A stretch of DNA of 64,000 nt from positions 5,208,001 to 5,272,000 of the forward strand of contig CM120646.1 of assembly GCA_051362555.1 (NCBI GenBank), in the 5' to 3' direction. Below the pieces are notes generated by a model. The model saw only the letters and a list, made by a program, of their open reading frames with translations, was not told the origin of the DNA and searched no databases. This stretch comes from Lingula anatina. Its lineage: Eukaryota > Animalia > Brachiopoda. Shown in pieces: positions 58,952 through 64,000 of the stretch (position 1 is its first letter; every line of letters starts with the position of its first letter). The position numbers were made by a program, and so were the translations under genes.

Positions 58952-61900
58952 TTCGTGATTCCTAGTTGTCTCTGGTGATATGCTAACTTAAGTGAATCAA
59001 AATCCAACGTCGTTAAATAATCTTCAAGTGAATTGGCAAAATATTCTGTGTGTGCGTGCGGATGTGGGTATATGCGTGCGCGCGCACGCGCGTGTGTGTG
59101 TGTGAGGGAGAGAAAGGGAGAGAGGCGCAAACAAATAAAGTTTCGAGAGGCAATCTCTATCTTGTCGACGGGAAGATAACTCCATGTCATACCACATACT
59201 CGATGTCAGAAACATCTGATTATTTTCTGTATCAAAATGCCGTCCACTCTAAACTGCTGCCGGCGTATTATGTTGGCAAACTAAACTCAGGTTGGCAAAG
59301 TAAGCACCAGTTGATAGATCGTTATACGGAGGTCAGCTCAGACAAAGATAAAGCTTACTATCTACAGGACGCAGGACTATCCCTTTTTTTAAAAAAAAGA
59401 TAGCGTCACATTTACTTATATCAATGACCACAAGTGAAAAACTATACAAATGTAAGACGTGTCTTCATATTTAAGTCCCTTTTCATGTAAATAGTGAAGT
59501 TCTGCACTAAAGAATGGCTCTTCGTGGCAAAACGTGCATGCATTGTCATCGATTTTTTTAGTAGGAGCACCTGGAAAAGCAACAATTCATTGAATTCATT
59601 TGGTTTCTACAGTCCACCACCCGTAAAGCGATAGGTGATTTACTGTCCTGATTGCCAAGAAAATGTGATTACATAAAAAAAAAACGCAATTCATGTTTAT
59701 TATTGCTCCGATGTCAGCAACTCGTCTTGAATTTGATATCGTTTAGTTGTTTAAGTATGTAATGCCACAGAGCGTTAAACAGTGAACAGTTCTTGAAGCG
59801 AAATAAATTGAAACTCTACCGCGAGCGCGCCCGTACTTTGACATGTGACAAACATTTACATGTCATTTTTTAATATCACATGGGAGAAAAGTTCTTTTAG
59901 TTTTCTTTTTGATAAGTTTTCTACGGATACTTGCCCTCTTATCTAATCAAGCATGGGCATTTCAGTTGGAACGGAGGCAGCTGCCATGACTGCAAGCTGA
60001 TAAAATGTCGAGTTATCGGACATAATTTCATACTCAGCAAAGGCGATGTTTTCAGCAGATGTGAATTCACTCTCATCCATGCTCTATCAACTGTGTAGTG
60101 TGTTTAAAACAAAATTCATATATAAGAAAGGAAGAGAGAAGGATTGGGAAGAAAACGCAATACGACAAGATATTAAACGAAGATATCTCTTCTTACACAC
60201 GTTTTACAAATATAAGATTTGGAGCTTTTTTTTGCTTTGATAAAGTGAACCTGAGAAAAAAAAGACATCACTCGACATGTTAATTATTAACATTTTTCCT
60301 TTTTGTCGGCCTATCACTTGATCTTGCAGATAAGATCACATAATCAATCACCACCACACCCGTAAAAAGCTGCAAAGGTCACTCCAGGCCACTGTTTTTC
60401 GTTATTTCTTCCTTTTAATATTTCGCTTTTTTTTTTGTCACCTTCACGTTTTGCCGCGCACTTCACTTCTCCATTCACAAGGCATGCATAGTATCAACGC
60501 CTCCAATTTTTAGTGAGCCTGTCACGCGAAGGACAACATTAACACTATCAGTTTCAATGTTCTACAGTCATCCAAAGGTGGCTGCAAAAGACTGCTGGCA
60601 AATGTGAAAGTTTTGACACCTGTTATTTTGATATATTTCCGGCTTATTTTTTTGTAACCGCTCTTTTTTCGGCTATAGGCCTATGTTTTGGATGTCAATA
60701 ATCGAAAAGTCTAGAACACCAAAGTCGGGATTAGCAACCATTAATTATAATGACACGCGAACGGAAAACATCCAACATTGTTACTAATGATTTATCTACC
60801 TACCTCCATCAGCTAACAGCACGAGAGACACAGCGAAAGCATACAGCAGGAGAGCAAAGCGTTGTTGACCGACCATAGCGTCAACGGCTATCTGTAGGAT
60901 GAGGTCACAATGTAGCGAAGTCTATTTAAACTATCGTTAAGCAAACCTTTGACCTTGCGCACGACGGCACAATGCACCTTTGCTATTGTAGAGCCGTATG
61001 CCCATTTGAATCTTTTGTGCACCTCTATGGCCAATATAAGCTAGGGTTTTTTTACGTGGTGTGCCAAAAATTCTAGAACACTTGGTACAGTTAGGCGCAA
61101 AATCAATTGCGAACCTTCGGATTCCGCTTCTTGCACGGTAATAGCACAAAATCAATCACTAGTTTGATCCGGGTTTGCATGGTCGCGCAGCTTTTAAATG
61201 TGCAGCATTCAATATAGAGGTCGGGAAATAAGGAAATTATTTAGAATTTACGCGTAAATGATGAAATGCACGTAATTTACACTCGTGACGAAACAAACGT
61301 TTTTAACCAAATATATGCAAAATGAAAAGAGTCGAATTAAGGAAAACGTGGTTCACAAACATCATTGTTTTACTTAATTGTAAAGCTATAAAGGGCTTAT
61401 AAATTATTCTGCAAAACAATCCAAATTAACAACATTTCTGAAACCCCTGTTGTGGTGACGTCACAATGTCAGTGAATGTTTGATCAATAGGTAAACCTTT
61501 GAGTTTAATTTTAAGTATACAAAAATACTGTATTTAAAAAATGACAAATGCCCTCTAGGCTCTTTGCCGAGGCAGGTGGGTCGATTACAAAGAAAGTAAA
61601 TAGACTGTTTACAGAGTAATGTTTTATGAAAAAATAAGTTACTGTAACACGTACAAATGCCCTTTTGTGCGAAAGTTGCAGACAGGTGTTGAAAAGAAAG
61701 TTGGCTCGTTATTTACAAAGAGTTCGGTGCACGCTGCGGTTTGACATTGAGATAGAGTCTGCGCTCATTAGATGCAACTTTTGGAACTAGCTAAAACCGC
61801 AATTGAAGAGGGTGGGGATTGGAAGGAGGGGTAGGAAAAAAGATTAGGGTGGATTTTAACAATGCGGGTTTCACGACCTGAGTTTCAGGTCTGTTCAAAA

Positions 61901-62686
61901 CGCTTCTGTTAGCGTTAACCAAACCCGTGCTCGACTGCACTGGACAGCTACATTCCCCTATAGCTTGCATGGCTTAAAACCTCATCTGGAAAGAGTAAAT
62001 CCCCTGTTTTCAACGGGCTTCCGATCACTCAGAGAACAAATTTTGGTCCACTCTCACAAATGTCACAAAAGAAGATGATGCGATATTTAATATAAAGTAC
62101 ATTAACACTGGTGCAAGCGTTTGATGTTGATTATCAAATATTATCAAAGCTATTTAAGGAGGGGAGAGTGAGTAAAATCTGTTCTCTAAGCAGGGATAAC
62201 AGAAGCTTAAGGTGCTATTGTAAAGGAAATCCCTTTCTCTGAATAACGGTGTCCTATTCTACCTATCATTGCTATGTTTCTTCACTTTTGCCTTTTGTAC
62301 GAAGAAAGAGTTAGATAGAATAAAACGGAAGGTCAGGCACAGGCGAGAAAAAAATGTCTCAGAACGTATTAATAATTTTTCTACCTTACACAGTGGGACA
62401 GCCGCAGCCTTGACTTTATTAAAATACAAGTAAACACAATTAAAACTTTTGAAATAATATTGGTAATCCACAACAACCGCACATGACGTAAGCGCCATTG
62501 TATTCAGTGTGCTTGTGTTAGACTTTCGGGTCATCAACAACACGATAATCTCCTTCATTTTTGAAGGTGGCTTTCTTTCCGTATTTCATGTTGACTCACA
62601 CTGAATGTCCTATTAGATTTTATGGATCAATGATTGTTAACCCAATTATTGATTACCTACAAATATTATTGGTATTAAATTGTCAT

Positions 62687-62951
62687 CAGTGGCGGATTAA
62701 GGCGGGTGTCAGGGGGGTCCTGACCCCCTCCTTTCGTTTTCTGAAACAATCACACCAATGGTCCCCTCTTGAAATTAGAATTTTGACTTGCTGAATCATA
62801 GTTTTAAACCGTACCAAATGGCACCGTTCGCCCTCTAAAATACCAATTTTTTTCGGGCCCCGAACCCCACGCCAAGGGGTTAGGCGTGAGGGTCGGCTTC
62901 GCGTCCGCGGACCCTCCCCCTCCCCTTCAAATAATCCTGTATCCGCCCCTG
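62687..62951. mobile_element. CAG(T/G)GGCGGAT-ended MITE, 6-bp TSD TGTCAT
   Basis: TGTCAT-CAGTGGCGGAT ... ATCCGCCCCTG-TGTCAT. Confidence 0.85.
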
Positions 62952-64000
62952 TGTCATCATGGATGCTCTGACAAGCCAGTGACTCGATGGAAATATACCC
63001 TGTACTAAGGCCATAGACTGATTTCACAAATATGTCTCTGACCAATTTTATTTTTTACATTTTTCTCAACTGTTCAGCGAGAATTTTTTGCGTGCAATGA
63101 ATGTCATCATTCAGCTAAAGAGAAGTGGAGCTGTGTTGTACGTTTGGACGGAGGGGTAGATAGGAATAACACGGGACCATGGTCTTTTTATTCCATTTTC
63201 CTTTTTTCTAGCGCATCTTAAACATTTTTTGGAACTCTGGTTCAAAATTATAACACATTCCCTAAGTATAGGTCACATGGCCACCGACCGCACTTGTTAT
63301 CTCTTTCAAACAGTTATGTAGCTCACTAATAACTGAACATTCTGTAGGGAATTTTAAATAATTGGCATTGGCGAAGATACAACATTGAGACATCATGTTG
63401 TACCAGAGGCCGACGTCTGAAAAGCAAAAGTGACCAGGAAAACCAACCCCTCGCCTGTTCAGAAGAACTGGACCACTATCCTGAAATCATCTTAAACAGT
63501 AAAATGTATCTGGGGAAATTTACTGACGAAAAAGTACTGCCTGTCATCTCCTACCATGTCGTTTTCATATACTTGATGCTTCACGCCCACGCCCCGTTGT
63601 TGGCGGTAGGAAAGTGACGAGACAAGCCACACGTAGGGGCCTACTTCATGTATACGTACAGACATCCAGATCATTTTATTCCTTGGACCTTTTCAATAAA
63701 ATACATACACAACGGGGGCTCCATGGGAAGGCACAGTTATCTTGGGACAACCCTTACCCTTTTTTACCTCCCCCCAAAAACAGTAAAAATAAACAAAAGT
63801 ATGCTAAAGTCTCACCCCTGCGCCTAGTGCCCCCCCCCCCCCCCCCCCCCCCCCCAATTTCAGCAGTGATACTCCTGGGGAAAATTCCAAAATAGTCACT
63901 GCCTCGTCCGCCTCAACCTGATAGATACCCATGCATGGGATTCATGGGGATATGGTGATCTTTTTTTTATCAAATTTTAATCAACTTTTTAATCAACGCT

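Noticed and set aside
52000-64000. Short ORFs of 60-135 aa in the upstream region
   Set aside because: No domain motifs or consistent exon chain; several overlap MITEs or simple repeats. No transposase, reverse transcriptase, tRNA or rRNA was recognised.

Overview
Eukaryotic, AT-rich, microsatellite-rich invertebrate-type genomic DNA; no prokaryotic systems, CRISPR arrays or RNA genes were recognised. About 45 kb (158-45124, minus strand) is one intact multi-exon gene encoding a fibrocystin-L (PKHD1L1/PKHD1 family) protein. I traced 72 coding exons by hand with compatible splice phases (13,637 nt, about 4,545 codons). Domain order is IPT/TIG repeats, PA14, more IPT repeats with a cupredoxin-like module, two G8 + parallel beta-helix modules, an SEA-like region with a furin site, Ig-like segments, a second SEA-like domain, one transmembrane helix and a ~130-aa cytoplasmic tail. 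The exon carrying the start codon and signal peptide was not found. Introns hold several non-autonomous DNA-transposon families (TTAA-flanked Kolobok-like, CAG-ended elements with 5/6-bp TSDs, nested foldbacks), a Helentron/HINE-like element that appears to have split a polypyrimidine tract, and a satellite that copies an exon end together with its splice donor. The last ~19 kb is CpG-richer and has no convincing coding sequence. I found no wholly new biological system; the best leads are the unusual receptor architecture and the repeat/splice-site interactions.
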